From a phage: a stretch of 64,000 bases of DNA. Positions within the stretch are counted from its first letter, which is position 1, and every line of letters starts with the position of its first letter. Below, piece by piece: positions 17,905-28,074 of this stretch. Position numbers and translations under genes: made by a program. The stretch lies in assembly GCA_025812035.1 (NCBI GenBank), contig GCA_025812035.1_4719.1; one strand, given 5' to 3'. Under the pieces are notes generated by a model, which was given only the letters and a program-made list of their open reading frames with translations, was not told the origin of the DNA and made no database searches.

Positions 17905-18213
17905 TTAAAATTCAATGCGACCTTTTGTCGTAAATAATACGCCTCTTTGCCAACAGAAAAGATCCTCCGATTGAGCGCAAACACGAATACCCGCATCGAA
18001 TAGATGTTTTGTTCTGGCGCTTAAACAATCTGGATCTTCTACATACAACAGAAGACGTTGACATTTATTTTGAATGCGTTCAACAAGGATGTTCTTATCG
18101 CTTAAAATAAAATGCGCGTTATCTGTTAAGTTATCGTCAGTTTCCAGCTGTCTGACAAGTTTGATTAAAATACGCAATTGCTCAAGTGTGTCATGATCAA
18201 ATGAATCGCCCAT
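17905..18213 (-). CDS. hypothetical protein
   Basis: Start trimmed to ATG 18213 (GAGGT RBS); listed start is TTG. Confidence 0.4.
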   Translation of the reverse strand: MGDSFDHDTLEQLRILIKLVRQLETDDNLTDNAHFILSDKNILVERIQNKCQRLLLYVEDPDCLSARTKHLFDAGIRVCAQSEDLFCWQRGVLFTTKGRIEF

Positions 18214-18235
18214 GGCGTACCTCAACGTTCTACGT

Positions 18236-18257
18236 CGTTAGTATTATAATACTAACG
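18236..18257. repeat. 22-bp perfect palindrome CGTTAGTATTATAATACTAACG
   Basis: Contains TATAAT at centre; lies between hairpin 18265-18287 and start of gene 17905-18213. Confidence 0.35.
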
Positions 18258-18264
18258 TTATAAT

Positions 18265-18287
18265 CTCCCCGCCGGTATTAACGGGGA
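18265..18287 (-). terminator. hairpin CTCCCCG-N9-CGGGGAG
   Basis: Downstream of terL stop (18303). Confidence 0.4.
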
Positions 18288-18302
18288 GTCTGCAGACTAC
18301 TC

Positions 18303-20534
18303 TTAGAAAAAACCTCCCGGACGGTACTGACCCATCGTCATCCACGCATTACGAGAAATATTTCGTTCGTTCGAAGAGCGGCTTATCTGACGATAAGTAT
18401 TCGCACGTTCCTCCCTTGCTTTCGTGATCATCGCGTCAATAGAAACGGACGCTGAATCCTCTCCACGTATTTTTCCTTTATACGTAAGAAGCTCTGCCTC
18501 CAACCGATCCAAGATAAGACCGTTAGTTTCGGTTTTAAGCAACTCATAGATTTCAGCAACGCGCTGACGCAATTTCGTCTGCTGTTGGTTCAGATAAGCT
18601 TCGTACGGATCAATTTCACCCGTTACAGATGCCGGTAAACGACTCATGACTTTAAGCGGATCGATACCGTAGTGAATCTGTTTCTTAGCGCGCTTAATGA
18701 ACCACATCGCTAACATCCATGCGAAGGTCATGTCATCGTGCATGCCATCCTGGTGGTCGACACGCCCGTCTTTGATAACCAATCCAAGGATCTCAGAACA
18801 CAGCATCTTGTCACGTAACTGCCCGCGGGTTTCTACAATACCTTCCATCAAGATGTCGGAATACAACTCCATACGTTTGCGTGCATCCGTCGTGAAGCCT
18901 AAATGCCGTTTACGTTGAGCGTACCAACTTTCGTCACGCATACTCAATGGTAACTTCAGGTCTTCAAACATCGCTGGGTTATCGGCGTGTCGGTCCACAA
19001 TGGTGTTGTACACGCGTTTGAACACGTCGATACCTGCTTGTCTCAGGAACTCTTCAATCGCGTCTAGCAACATGATTGCACTGCTTTTACGTTCAGGAAT
19101 CAACGTAACGTTCTTATAGCGCATCATGAAGTTGGCCATCCAACGAGCAAAAGAAAGCAAGCTTAGTTTATTGAAACGTCCTGTAGCGACAACTTCTGCT
19201 GTTTCCACATCTACCATCACCAGACCGATGGCATCACGACCGATAGCGTCACTGGTGTCTAAACCCGCAACCACCTTATTGTTCTGCATGTACGTCTCGA
19301 TTTGACCTCGGGGTATATACCAGTTAATGCAGTAGCCTTCGGGTGAGATCTCAATATGGTCGATTTCACGTTGCCCTGCCATGATCATCTCAACCATCTC
19401 AGCGGTTAACGGGCTTTCTGCTGAACCGTTGGTCCAGATGTTCATGTAGTCGCGGTCTTTCTGAAGTTTATCACCTTCCGTTTCGTTCATGGTTTTTGCT
19501 AACCATTCATCACTGAATCCCAACTGAGCATGGTTCCATTGTGCCCCGATCCTGACAGTCGCTTTACTAAGCTCGCACGGTACGTTGTTCAATACCGTCT
19601 GATGCAGATGCTTTTCGTTACGACAGTCAAAGAAACTTTCAGAGAACGGCGCTGAACGCATGAAAACTTCATAGGCCCATTTACCTTCACGTTTATCCAA
19701 TTCACCCGCTGTTGTCGTATAGATGATACTTGTCAAGTCGCCGTTGCTTAACGCTTCATCACGCGCCGCACCCATCGCACCGATACCAGCAGGAACAATA
19801 ATTTCGATGTACTTTGTAAACGCGGTTTCGTCGCTATGGAATATCGGGGTTGTTAGACCACGACCGATGTTTGTTGCTTGTTTCTTATCCGAACGTGGGA
19901 TCTTCACCGATAACTTGTTCTTGAAACGTGTGTAGGTCACGTTCTCTTTGTTCGATGAGTCACGACTATCCAACGTCCAAAGATACGCAGGTAACAGGTC
20001 GCGTATACTGCGCACGTCTTCTACTGTTTTCGTACGAGCATCACCGTCTTTTGTTAGCTGAATAACCTCGGTGTTTCGACTACGAACATAGGTTAGATAA
20101 CAGAACAATCCCAACATGGTCATGGATTTACCGGTCTGACGTATCTGTATCTGATACCAGTTCGTTCGGGTAAATATTCCCCAGAGCATCGGAATGTTAC
20201 CGCGGTTAGCGCGGAAAGAAATTTTGTTATCACCCGCTTTAGCTGGAACGCGCATCACTTCACGGAAGAAGTACCACGGATTAAGATAGCATTCCGCACC
20301 GATCATCTGAATTTGTTCTGACGTCAAATTCGGTGCGTGGGGATCAACACCAATCAATCTTGGGTTTAATAGCGCCATGAAAAACGCGGAGTTTCGGACA
20401 CCGAATTCACGGCGATACAAGATCGCTAAATCACGCCAACTTGTGTTTGTGGTTTCCCAGTGTGGGACAGCCTGAGGAAAATAATCCCAATCTTCCTCAA
20501 ACAGGATGATTTTTTTCGGATCGACAATCGACAT
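18303..20534 (-). CDS. terL: terminase large subunit (putative)
   Basis: 743 aa; T4 gp17-like deviant Walker A RQTGKS; Walker B-like IFHSDE; C-terminal acidic HQDGMHDD nuclease-like motif; GGAGGAG RBS. Confidence 0.55.
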   Translation of the reverse strand: MSIVDPKKIILFEEDWDYFPQAVPHWETTNTSWRDLAILYRREFGVRNSAFFMALLNPRLIGVDPHAPNLTSEQIQMIGAECYLNPWYFFREVMRVPAKAGDNKISFRANRGNIPMLWGIFTRTNWYQIQIRQTGKSMTMLGLFCYLTYVRSRNTEVIQLTKDGDARTKTVEDVRSIRDLLPAYLWTLDSRDSSNKENVTYTRFKNKLSVKIPRSDKKQATNIGRGLTTPIFHSDETAFTKYIEIIVPAGIGAMGAARDEALSNGDLTSIIYTTTAGELDKREGKWAYEVFMRSAPFSESFFDCRNEKHLHQTVLNNVPCELSKATVRIGAQWNHAQLGFSDEWLAKTMNETEGDKLQKDRDYMNIWTNGSAESPLTAEMVEMIMAGQREIDHIEISPEGYCINWYIPRGQIETYMQNNKVVAGLDTSDAIGRDAIGLVMVDVETAEVVATGRFNKLSLLSFARWMANFMMRYKNVTLIPERKSSAIMLLDAIEEFLRQAGIDVFKRVYNTIVDRHADNPAMFEDLKLPLSMRDESWYAQRKRHLGFTTDARKRMELYSDILMEGIVETRGQLRDKMLCSEILGLVIKDGRVDHQDGMHDDMTFAWMLAMWFIKRAKKQIHYGIDPLKVMSRLPASVTGEIDPYEAYLNQQQTKLRQRVAEIYELLKTETNGLILDRLEAELLTYKGKIRGEDSASVSIDAMITKAREERANTYRQISRSSNERNISRNAWMTMGQYRPGGFF

Positions 20535-20546
20535 ATAAACTCCTCC

Positions 20547-20573
20547 GATGGAGGGTGCCGAGCACCCTCCATC
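20547..20573 (-). terminator. hairpin GATGGAGGGTGC-CGA-GCACCCTCCATC (attenuator-like)
   Basis: 12-bp stem between stop of 20585-22318 and RBS of terL; no clear U-tract. Confidence 0.3.
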
Positions 20574-20584
20574 GTTGTATTACT

Positions 20585-22318
20585 TTATGCGACTTTACTA
20601 ATAACGACTGCGGTGATGCCGAGATGTAGGTCGACGCCATTCTGTACTTTAATCCAGCGGATATACAGGTTAGCGTTATCCTGTCCCGTACCACCTGGGA
20701 CGTTATTGTTCTTATTCCATTGTGAGATTTCGAAACGTTTCTGCACGTTAGGACCAACCATGATTTCAAAGTGGGTCGGTTCTGGCGCTTTCGATTCCGT
20801 CTTCTCAAGATAGAGTGGGTGTGTCGCGTAGTAAAGCTGATTCAACCATTCGCCCAGATCTGAGTGTTTGTTTGTCAAATCAACATACGCGTTACCAGCA
20901 ACATCGTAAGTAAACAGCGCTTTCGTATTACGGCCATACACGTCTGTTGTCGTCGGTGTTGTTTGCGAACTGAACGTTACTGTCCAGTAATCACCGGATG
21001 TTGCCGAACCTGCTTGCAGTAGCGTCATTCGAATAGTCTGCGTATGACGTACGCGTTTGTAAATGGTAGGGTCGACTTCATCTAACCAGATATTGTACGC
21101 AAATTCTTGAACCTGTCCGTATTTCTTAGGACTAAACTCAGGACTATTCAATGCCAACTGTACTTTATCGGTTACGTTGTAATACCGTTCGCGGTCAACG
21201 TTATACAACCAGAATACCAGCTGGTACCCCACAGCATCAGATACCCATTGCGGATAACAGAACAGTTTAACACTGTAAGCACCCTTCGCCTCTTTAGAAA
21301 CGACGGTATAAGGTACGCTGATATGTTTCACTGCTCCTGGTAATGCGTAGGACGTGTCCTCATCGTCATCCAGGTAGTAGTGTAACGCCAGCGGATGTTT
21401 GCTGTTGATGACCTGAGACGTGAAGACGTTAAGGCCGTCCAACACAACCTTGTTACCCGTAACCGGCCAATGCTTAATGGAACCGTCACTGTAGGTGACT
21501 TCCGCTTGAAGGTCAACGGAATCCAGGTTGACGTTAATCGGTAGCTCAAGCAGTTTGGAATCACTGCTACTTAGCCACGTTGACTTCAGTCGTACCCCGT
21601 CTTCCAGAATGTATTTAATACCCTGGTCAGGTGTGCGTACATAGTCGGTGATACGAACGATCATGCGTTTCATGGACAGCGGTTGTGGTCCATCACCATA
21701 ACCTACCACCATCACCTGCTCGAAATCTTCGACAGGCTTAATGCAGTAACCTTCACGGGGTGCCCAGATGGCTTTATTCGTTCCGTCTTTGTAAGCGATA
21801 AGCTGACACGGAATGAAATCACTGATCTTATTCCCGCTGTTGTCATACATCGCACTGATGATTTCACCTTTGGCACTGATATCAGAACCACGGAACACCG
21901 CAATACGTCGAATATCTGATCCATGCAAATGGAAACGACGATCGATATTCATTGTAGCAGGGATCGTGTTCGTATTAATCAATACGCGCCATGTATCGTA
22001 CGACCACGTCGGATCAATACCCTCAAAGGTTGTCGTCCCATCGTCCTGACCATCGAACGGAGCAGAAAGTTGACCGATAAGTTTAAGGGTACTTAGTTTA
22101 GTGCGATCGTCTACGGCGATAACACGGTATACTGCGTTGGTATCCCAGTCTTCAACTTTATCGTCCACGTTGGGAACGTAAAGTTTCCAGTCTTCTTCAA
22201 CACCATTATAGATCTCTTTATACGCATAGGTGGTATAGCGTCTGTCGAGATCCTGAATAGCGAGTTTATCCGGATGCTGTTGTGCGTAAAGCACCGGATT
22301 GGTAATCTCTCTTCCCAT
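20585..22318 (-). CDS. hypothetical protein (possible virion protein)
   Basis: Start trimmed to ATG 22318 (AGGTGA RBS); in operon with terL. Confidence 0.5.
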   Translation of the reverse strand: MGREITNPVLYAQQHPDKLAIQDLDRRYTTYAYKEIYNGVEEDWKLYVPNVDDKVEDWDTNAVYRVIAVDDRTKLSTLKLIGQLSAPFDGQDDGTTTFEGIDPTWSYDTWRVLINTNTIPATMNIDRRFHLHGSDIRRIAVFRGSDISAKGEIISAMYDNSGNKISDFIPCQLIAYKDGTNKAIWAPREGYCIKPVEDFEQVMVVGYGDGPQPLSMKRMIVRITDYVRTPDQGIKYILEDGVRLKSTWLSSSDSKLLELPINVNLDSVDLQAEVTYSDGSIKHWPVTGNKVVLDGLNVFTSQVINSKHPLALHYYLDDDEDTSYALPGAVKHISVPYTVVSKEAKGAYSVKLFCYPQWVSDAVGYQLVFWLYNVDRERYYNVTDKVQLALNSPEFSPKKYGQVQEFAYNIWLDEVDPTIYKRVRHTQTIRMTLLQAGSATSGDYWTVTFSSQTTPTTTDVYGRNTKALFTYDVAGNAYVDLTNKHSDLGEWLNQLYYATHPLYLEKTESKAPEPTHFEIMVGPNVQKRFEISQWNKNNNVPGGTGQDNANLYIRWIKVQNGVDLHLGITAVVISKVA

Positions 22319-22320
22319 TA

Positions 22321-24915
22321 TCACTCACCTTTGATTGTGTAAAACTTCGTGAAGTCCACGCGATCTTTCAAGAACTCACGACTGACACGTTCTAAGAACC
22401 GCAGTTGTTTAACCGTAACTTCGAGCGGCGTCCAACTGTCATGTGGATGAATAGAAACCATCCGCCAATCGTAATTACGTAACGCGGGATCGTAGTCATA
22501 GAACCATTTATACGGCTCCATGAAATCCATCAGCTTAACGTCCTGCATATCAGGATCAGGGTCGATAACACCGTTGATAAGATCGTACGTTACCGCCATC
22601 AGCGTTGGACTGATAAGCTGATATTTGTTTTCAATCGTTACCGGCGTATCATACTTCACACGAGGGAAATACAAGGACATATAGTCTTCAACACGTTTAT
22701 CGGTTTCAAGACTCTTGTCGCGTAGATAATAGGTGTCCGTGTTCACGAGACCGCGGATAGGAGCAATAACACGGTAAATCGCATAAGGCACCCCATCGTT
22801 GACTTTGATGTCGGCAGGGTATTGCGTATCCTCTGCGGTAACCACTTCGCTACGATCGTAAATACGTCCACCAACCACAATACGAACAACATGATCGTCA
22901 CGAACATTGAACACGTCATCGTAAGAAAGCTGGCCATGCATCGTCCAACCGGTATCGTAAACAGGTTCGGTGGTTAAGTCTGTGCGTGGGAAACCCGTAC
23001 ATCTCACGGTAACCGTGTGCGTGTTCCCTTCACTGAAATAACGTTTCGCATTGATCACGATCGTTGGCCATTTTACGATATAATCGATATCGCGTACCAA
23101 GCTGTAGCTTTTGGTTGCTTTCCCGTCACCTAACCATACTTCGATTTGACCCGGTTCGAAAGGTAACGGATATTCAACATCGATGCCCGTAGTAACATCC
23201 AACCACACGGTGTGATTACGATGTTGTATCGTGGTCTTATACGCTAAGAAGTAGGTATCGAACAATACGAGACCGGTTTTCTTGCGCCCGTCTAACGCCC
23301 ATTTTATTACCCCGTTCTCTTCCGTTACCACAGAAGCATCGTCGGTAACATCCTTCCATGTGCTTGCAACAGGTTGTCCGTTACGAAGGTTTACGCTGTA
23401 GCAGCGGTAGCTCGCCCATTCGCGGATTGGAACGTCGGCAACACCCATCACGTAATCAAGCGTTCTTCCACCAACACCAGACCGACCCTCAACGTAGGAC
23501 GTTGTTTTATACTGCGGGTAAAAATGTCGACCTGCCGGATGTTGTGTGATACCCAATAATAGACCGTTATTATCGTACTCGAAGAACGTCGCGTTTGCAC
23601 GCAAGCCCCACGGTACTTCAGCGGCAGGCGTACCTATTTCGTCGGTAACACGTTGTGGACTATCTGCAACCAGTTTCGCCATCGCGTTATACCCGTAAGC
23701 GGAGGTCACCATGTCGATTGTGATGTTGCTTTCCTTATTACGCATGATACGCGTATAATCACTGGCTTCAAGCGTACGCGCAAAGAACTCGGGTATGTTA
23801 GCGTTCTGTTCCAGCATCGCGCCGATGATGACGTCGTCTGGAAGTTTATACAGTTCGTGGATACGATTATGTTCGAAGGTTAAACGCGTTTTCAAACCGC
23901 TATCGCGGACAACCACTTCCAGGGTTAAATCACGAAGCGATTCTGCACCATCAATTCGTTCAACGAAGTAGCTGACATAATCAACAGGAATCCCGTAATC
24001 ACGATGCGTGAGCATGCGGATACTATTTTCCTGGTTGGTATGGTAATAACGCCCTTTTCCATTAGGGCCTTTCACGTAGATGTCGACGTCATCACGATAC
24101 TGGATCTTAGTATCCGTTTCATCTTTCGGTGGATGAATAAGATACTTCACTTTTTTGTCCAGATCGCTGTTGTACGTTTTAAGATCTTCTACACGGAAGC
24201 TGTAACGATGAACAACCGTACCATCATAGACGACCTGAATACTATCGCCGATCTTAAAACTTGACGGTGGAATATCTTCAACCGCTTCACCATTGATGCT
24301 ACAGTGCGTCCAACCGATCCCGGTTTCCTGGATTTTTTTACGCCAAGCGTATAACTGACGCTGCCATTGTAGAACCTGCGTTGAACTGGTGACAATCCCA
24401 CCAAGGACATGCACCTCACGTCCCGTCGGTTTCGTAAATGCTGGGTACCCTTCCGCGAAGTCGGCATTGAGATAGGTGCGCCAGTAATAATCACCAACGC
24501 CGAGGTCGGCGATATTCGGTTGGTCCAACACACAGACCAACATCGTTTCATTTTCCAGATTACCCGTCCACGTTAATGTCAGCGGGAATTCTTTACCGTC
24601 CTCAGTGTAGATGTTGTAATACGATCCCTTCACTTCACAGAACTTGCTGAGTTCCCGCCACCACAACCGACCCGCCCCGACATTAAAATCCTCTCCCATG
24701 TGTCGTCCAATAACAAACACATGGAACGTATTCGTATCGTCAGGAAGATTGAATGTACGATGCCAAGCCGTAAAGTTTTTTACTGCGCCGGTCTTTCCGG
24801 TAATACGACGCATCTTAATACGATGCTGGTTGTCCATTAATGGACGGCAGTTCACGTTCAGCGCAGCATGATTTATCAAGTATTGCGCTGTAGGATTAGA
24901 AGCGTTCAACACCAC
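22321..24915 (-). CDS. large hypothetical protein (possible portal/structural)
   Basis: 864-aa ORF; GTG start with GGAGG RBS; upstream of terL operon. Confidence 0.5.
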   Translation of the reverse strand: MVLNASNPTAQYLINHAALNVNCRPLMDNQHRIKMRRITGKTGAVKNFTAWHRTFNLPDDTNTFHVFVIGRHMGEDFNVGAGRLWWRELSKFCEVKGSYYNIYTEDGKEFPLTLTWTGNLENETMLVCVLDQPNIADLGVGDYYWRTYLNADFAEGYPAFTKPTGREVHVLGGIVTSSTQVLQWQRQLYAWRKKIQETGIGWTHCSINGEAVEDIPPSSFKIGDSIQVVYDGTVVHRYSFRVEDLKTYNSDLDKKVKYLIHPPKDETDTKIQYRDDVDIYVKGPNGKGRYYHTNQENSIRMLTHRDYGIPVDYVSYFVERIDGAESLRDLTLEVVVRDSGLKTRLTFEHNRIHELYKLPDDVIIGAMLEQNANIPEFFARTLEASDYTRIMRNKESNITIDMVTSAYGYNAMAKLVADSPQRVTDEIGTPAAEVPWGLRANATFFEYDNNGLLLGITQHPAGRHFYPQYKTTSYVEGRSGVGGRTLDYVMGVADVPIREWASYRCYSVNLRNGQPVASTWKDVTDDASVVTEENGVIKWALDGRKKTGLVLFDTYFLAYKTTIQHRNHTVWLDVTTGIDVEYPLPFEPGQIEVWLGDGKATKSYSLVRDIDYIVKWPTIVINAKRYFSEGNTHTVTVRCTGFPRTDLTTEPVYDTGWTMHGQLSYDDVFNVRDDHVVRIVVGGRIYDRSEVVTAEDTQYPADIKVNDGVPYAIYRVIAPIRGLVNTDTYYLRDKSLETDKRVEDYMSLYFPRVKYDTPVTIENKYQLISPTLMAVTYDLINGVIDPDPDMQDVKLMDFMEPYKWFYDYDPALRNYDWRMVSIHPHDSWTPLEVTVKQLRFLERVSREFLKDRVDFTKFYTIKGE

Positions 24916-25843
24916 GGCATGCCTCCAGGAGGTATTTCATGTTGGCTTGGAAGTCATTAACGTCACGCGCCATACGACGCTGATCCGCCATGAGACGAGC
25001 CAACACGGTATCACGATAACCACGGTCGTGGTCGGCAGCAGAGCATAAAAGAATAAATGTTGGTGGGTGCTCTAAAGCAATCCCAGCAACTTCTTTACTG
25101 TACCCCCCAACCCAACTGTACGCGGTGATTTCAAACAACAGCGCTTGGGTTAACGTATTCAAACGGGGACTAATATTACTTTCTTTTAGCGCGGTTACAA
25201 AAGCCGCCATGTTAGGGATATAACCCAGGTTTTCGGTTACGATACCGATGCTTGCAAAATCGTAACGAAGCGTTGTCTGGATGGTGCGCACCATAGTTAG
25301 TCTTTCATTATTTGTAAGGCTATCTTTAAACAAGCAAAGATAATACCATGCTGTTATGATGGCAACATCACGACGTTGTTGAAGGTCCAGTCCTAGACGC
25401 TGTGTAATTTGTCCGCTAATCCAATCACAAAAGACACGCATCGGGATAGGGCCAAGACGTTCAAAAGGACGTGTGCCCAAGGATTCCCATCCTACCTGAA
25501 GATACGCACGTGATTGAAGAAAGTTATATTCACGTTCGTTAACAACGGTAGTACGCGATCCTGGGCGTGAGGTGTCTGTTGGAGTGCGTGCGTAAGCACG
25601 TTGGTCAACAACAACGCGCTGTCCATCCATCACCGTTTTAATGACCAACGGATGGCCAAAAGAAGGGATATCGTCCAGCGTATTTTTGTTGCCGATAACT
25701 TCGAGAACGGGGGTGTTTACAGCACTTTCTTCACCTGGTGCACTTAACAATCCGCCGACGTAAGCAATTTCGACAGCGGTTCGGATACGGTCAATGCCTT
25801 TCAGTTTTGTTCCAACAGTTGTGTCGTAAGGAGAGATGAACAT
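24896..25843 (-). CDS. hypothetical protein
   Basis: 315 aa, AAAGGAA RBS; TATGCCGT motif ~20 nt upstream. Confidence 0.5.
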   Translation of the reverse strand: MFISPYDTTVGTKLKGIDRIRTAVEIAYVGGLLSAPGEESAVNTPVLEVIGNKNTLDDIPSFGHPLVIKTVMDGQRVVVDQRAYARTPTDTSRPGSRTTVVNEREYNFLQSRAYLQVGWESLGTRPFERLGPIPMRVFCDWISGQITQRLGLDLQQRRDVAIITAWYYLCLFKDSLTNNERLTMVRTIQTTLRYDFASIGIVTENLGYIPNMAAFVTALKESNISPRLNTLTQALLFEITAYSWVGGYSKEVAGIALEHPPTFILLCSAADHDRGYRDTVLARLMADQRRMARDVNDFQANMKYLLEACRGVERF

Positions 25844-25859
25844 ATGTAATTCCTTTATT

Positions 25860-25867
25860 ACGGCATA
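25860..25867 (-). promoter_or_regulatory. TATGCCGT element without adjacent hairpin
   Basis: Minus-sense TATATGCCGTAATAAAGGAATTAC-ATG upstream of gene 24896-25843. Confidence 0.3.
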
Positions 25868-25925
25868 TAAGAAAACGGGTTAAGCACACAGATTTACGCA
25901 TAATTGTAATTTTTTACGTTATGCC

Positions 25926-25959
25926 TATGACATTGTGTCACGTGTGCAATTATGTCATA
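25926..25959 (+). promoter_or_regulatory. inverted repeat TATGACAT-N18-ATGTCATA centred on CACGTG
   Basis: 30-60 nt upstream of sheath-candidate start; candidate late promoter or operator. Confidence 0.3.
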
Positions 25960-25986
25960 CAATTTCCTTAAATTAAGGAGAGTTCC

Positions 25987-28059
25987 ATGAGGCTTAAGAA
26001 TAGCACGCCTCGCGCGATTTTTACGGGCTTTAAAGAGGGTCTTACCACGGATCCGGTTACAGCCCCAGAGATCACGCCCATTCACCTCCCGTATGTTTTC
26101 ATTCAGGGTGGTCGTGGTAAAGAGGACACCTTGCTGTTAACAGGGGACGCCCTGTCTACAGTCTACGGTGAAGATATGCTGAACTACCGCAGTAAGTACG
26201 CTTCTCCGGCAACATTGATTGCTCGTCAAGCTGCTTCTACGGGTAGCGCAATCTTCACAAAACGTTTGGTTGCACCGGATGCGACAGCTGCACGTATTCG
26301 TATCGGTGTTGAAATCGTTGCCGATAAACTGGTCGTTTACCAGCGTAACGTTGACGGGTCTTTCAAAAAGGACACCGCCGGTAACAAAATCCCCGACGGC
26401 GATAAAACCGTTGATGGGTTGAAACTGCGTTGGGTTGTTAACCACGACAAAGATGCCGAAACACCGAATGTTTTCGGTAAGGATGAAGTGGTTATTGGCC
26501 AACTGACGGCAACTGACGGTACCCAGAGTAACTACTATCCTATTCTGGATGGGTTAGTGAGCTGGCGCGGTGCTGACGGGGATAACATCGGCGTGCGTTT
26601 GGAAGCACCGACCGCGCTGAGCAGTAACCCTACCCGTACCGATATTATCGAACGCATCGGTGCTTTCCTGTACCGCATTCAGTTCGTGGAACGCAAGTCT
26701 TCACGTACTGCGCCGACAGTCATTCGTACAATCAGCGGTATGGAACAAGAAACCTTCGCACTGCAGGAAGGTGTTATCCAACCTGATGATGAAACCGATC
26801 TGTCCTTCGGTAAAGTGGTCGTTGACGCCTACGAGTATAATGAGACGGGTAACACCCCGATCTTTGCTCCGATGGATCAGATGCATCTTTATCAGAAGAA
26901 CATCGACGAAATCGTCAAGAAGCTGTACGAATCTGAAAGCAAAGTTAACAACGATCTGTTAACCGACGTTGAATTCGTCGAAGGACAGATGAACATCTTC
27001 ACCGGTGTTGATTACAACGGTATTCCGTATCAAACCATCGAAGTTCTCGATGCGGATCAGGGCGGCGCTATCTTCGATGGTACCAGCACCTTTTACGCAA
27101 TCGATGGTAGTGATGGCGACGTAAGCTGGGATACCTTCGATGCGTTAGCGAAGCAGCAGTTCGAATCGTTCGGCAACATGGGCGAAGATCTGGAAGACAT
27201 GGCTTTCTATCCGTTCTCCATCGTGTATGACATTGGTTACAAAGTCGACACGAAGAAAGCGATGGCGAATGTCTTGTCTCTGCGTCCTGACGTCATGATT
27301 ATTGCATCAACCCACACCTGGAAGGGCGTGGAGCTGAACGTCGACGAAGAAAGCTCCATGGGTGCAATGCTGCGTAACTACTACCGTCTGCATCCAGAAA
27401 GCGTGCTTTACAATACCCCAGCCTGTCGTGCTGCTGTGTTTATGCAATATGGCGAAAGCATCGAAGCGCCAAGCCTGGGTAAAGTTCCGCTGACGCTGGA
27501 AGTTGCTAATAAACTTGCAACGTACATGGGTGCTTCAGATGGTGTTATCCGCGGTACCCGCATCGATAACAACCCTGGTAACGTTGTCACAACGATGCGT
27601 AAAATCAACAAGACGTATCGTAACGCAACGGTCCGCGATCGTGATTGGGAAAACGGCTTGAACTATGTTCAGACCTATAACCGTAATTCCAACTTCTTCC
27701 CGGCTTGGGGCACGATTTACAATAACGACCGTTCGGTATGGCGTTCGTTGATCAACGTGATCATCGGTTGCGATCTGACTCGTGTCTGCTATCGTCTCTG
27801 GGCAGAAACCACCGGTACCACAGGAATGGACGAGTCGCTGTTCCTGAAACTGATGGGCGAACGCTTCCTGGAATACACCACGGGTCGTTACAACGACCAT
27901 GTGACTGTTAAGGGACGTTTCTACCTGGATAAAGAAGACGGTTATAATGGCTTCAGCTATCATGGTGATATCAGCCTGATCGGTGATCCGGGTATGACCG
28001 TGGGTACGTTTACCATCACCGGGCTGCGTCGTAACACCGAAGCAGCAGAAGCGGCGTAA
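25987..28059 (+). CDS. putative tail sheath protein (alternative: another major structural protein)
   Basis: 690 aa, preferred-codon bias, AAGGAGAG RBS; followed by tube-sized gene and strong terminator; phiKZ gp29-like size. Function by context only. Confidence 0.4.
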   Translation: MRLKNSTPRAIFTGFKEGLTTDPVTAPEITPIHLPYVFIQGGRGKEDTLLLTGDALSTVYGEDMLNYRSKYASPATLIARQAASTGSAIFTKRLVAPDATAARIRIGVEIVADKLVVYQRNVDGSFKKDTAGNKIPDGDKTVDGLKLRWVVNHDKDAETPNVFGKDEVVIGQLTATDGTQSNYYPILDGLVSWRGADGDNIGVRLEAPTALSSNPTRTDIIERIGAFLYRIQFVERKSSRTAPTVIRTISGMEQETFALQEGVIQPDDETDLSFGKVVVDAYEYNETGNTPIFAPMDQMHLYQKNIDEIVKKLYESESKVNNDLLTDVEFVEGQMNIFTGVDYNGIPYQTIEVLDADQGGAIFDGTSTFYAIDGSDGDVSWDTFDALAKQQFESFGNMGEDLEDMAFYPFSIVYDIGYKVDTKKAMANVLSLRPDVMIIASTHTWKGVELNVDEESSMGAMLRNYYRLHPESVLYNTPACRAAVFMQYGESIEAPSLGKVPLTLEVANKLATYMGASDGVIRGTRIDNNPGNVVTTMRKINKTYRNATVRDRDWENGLNYVQTYNRNSNFFPAWGTIYNNDRSVWRSLINVIIGCDLTRVCYRLWAETTGTTGMDESLFLKLMGERFLEYTTGRYNDHVTVKGRFYLDKEDGYNGFSYHGDISLIGDPGMTVGTFTITGLRRNTEAAEAA

Positions 28060-28074
28060 TGAGAGGAGTCCATA

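Noticed and set aside
22321-24915. NADFAEG resembling the RNAP catalytic NADFDGD motif
   Set aside because: The Asp triad is not conserved (D-F-A-E-G) and no other beta-prime motifs are present.
27165-27180. tRNA T-loop-like GTTCGAATC strings (here and a few other places)
   Set aside because: All occurrences lie inside coding sequence with no flanking acceptor/anticodon stems; no tRNA gene called.
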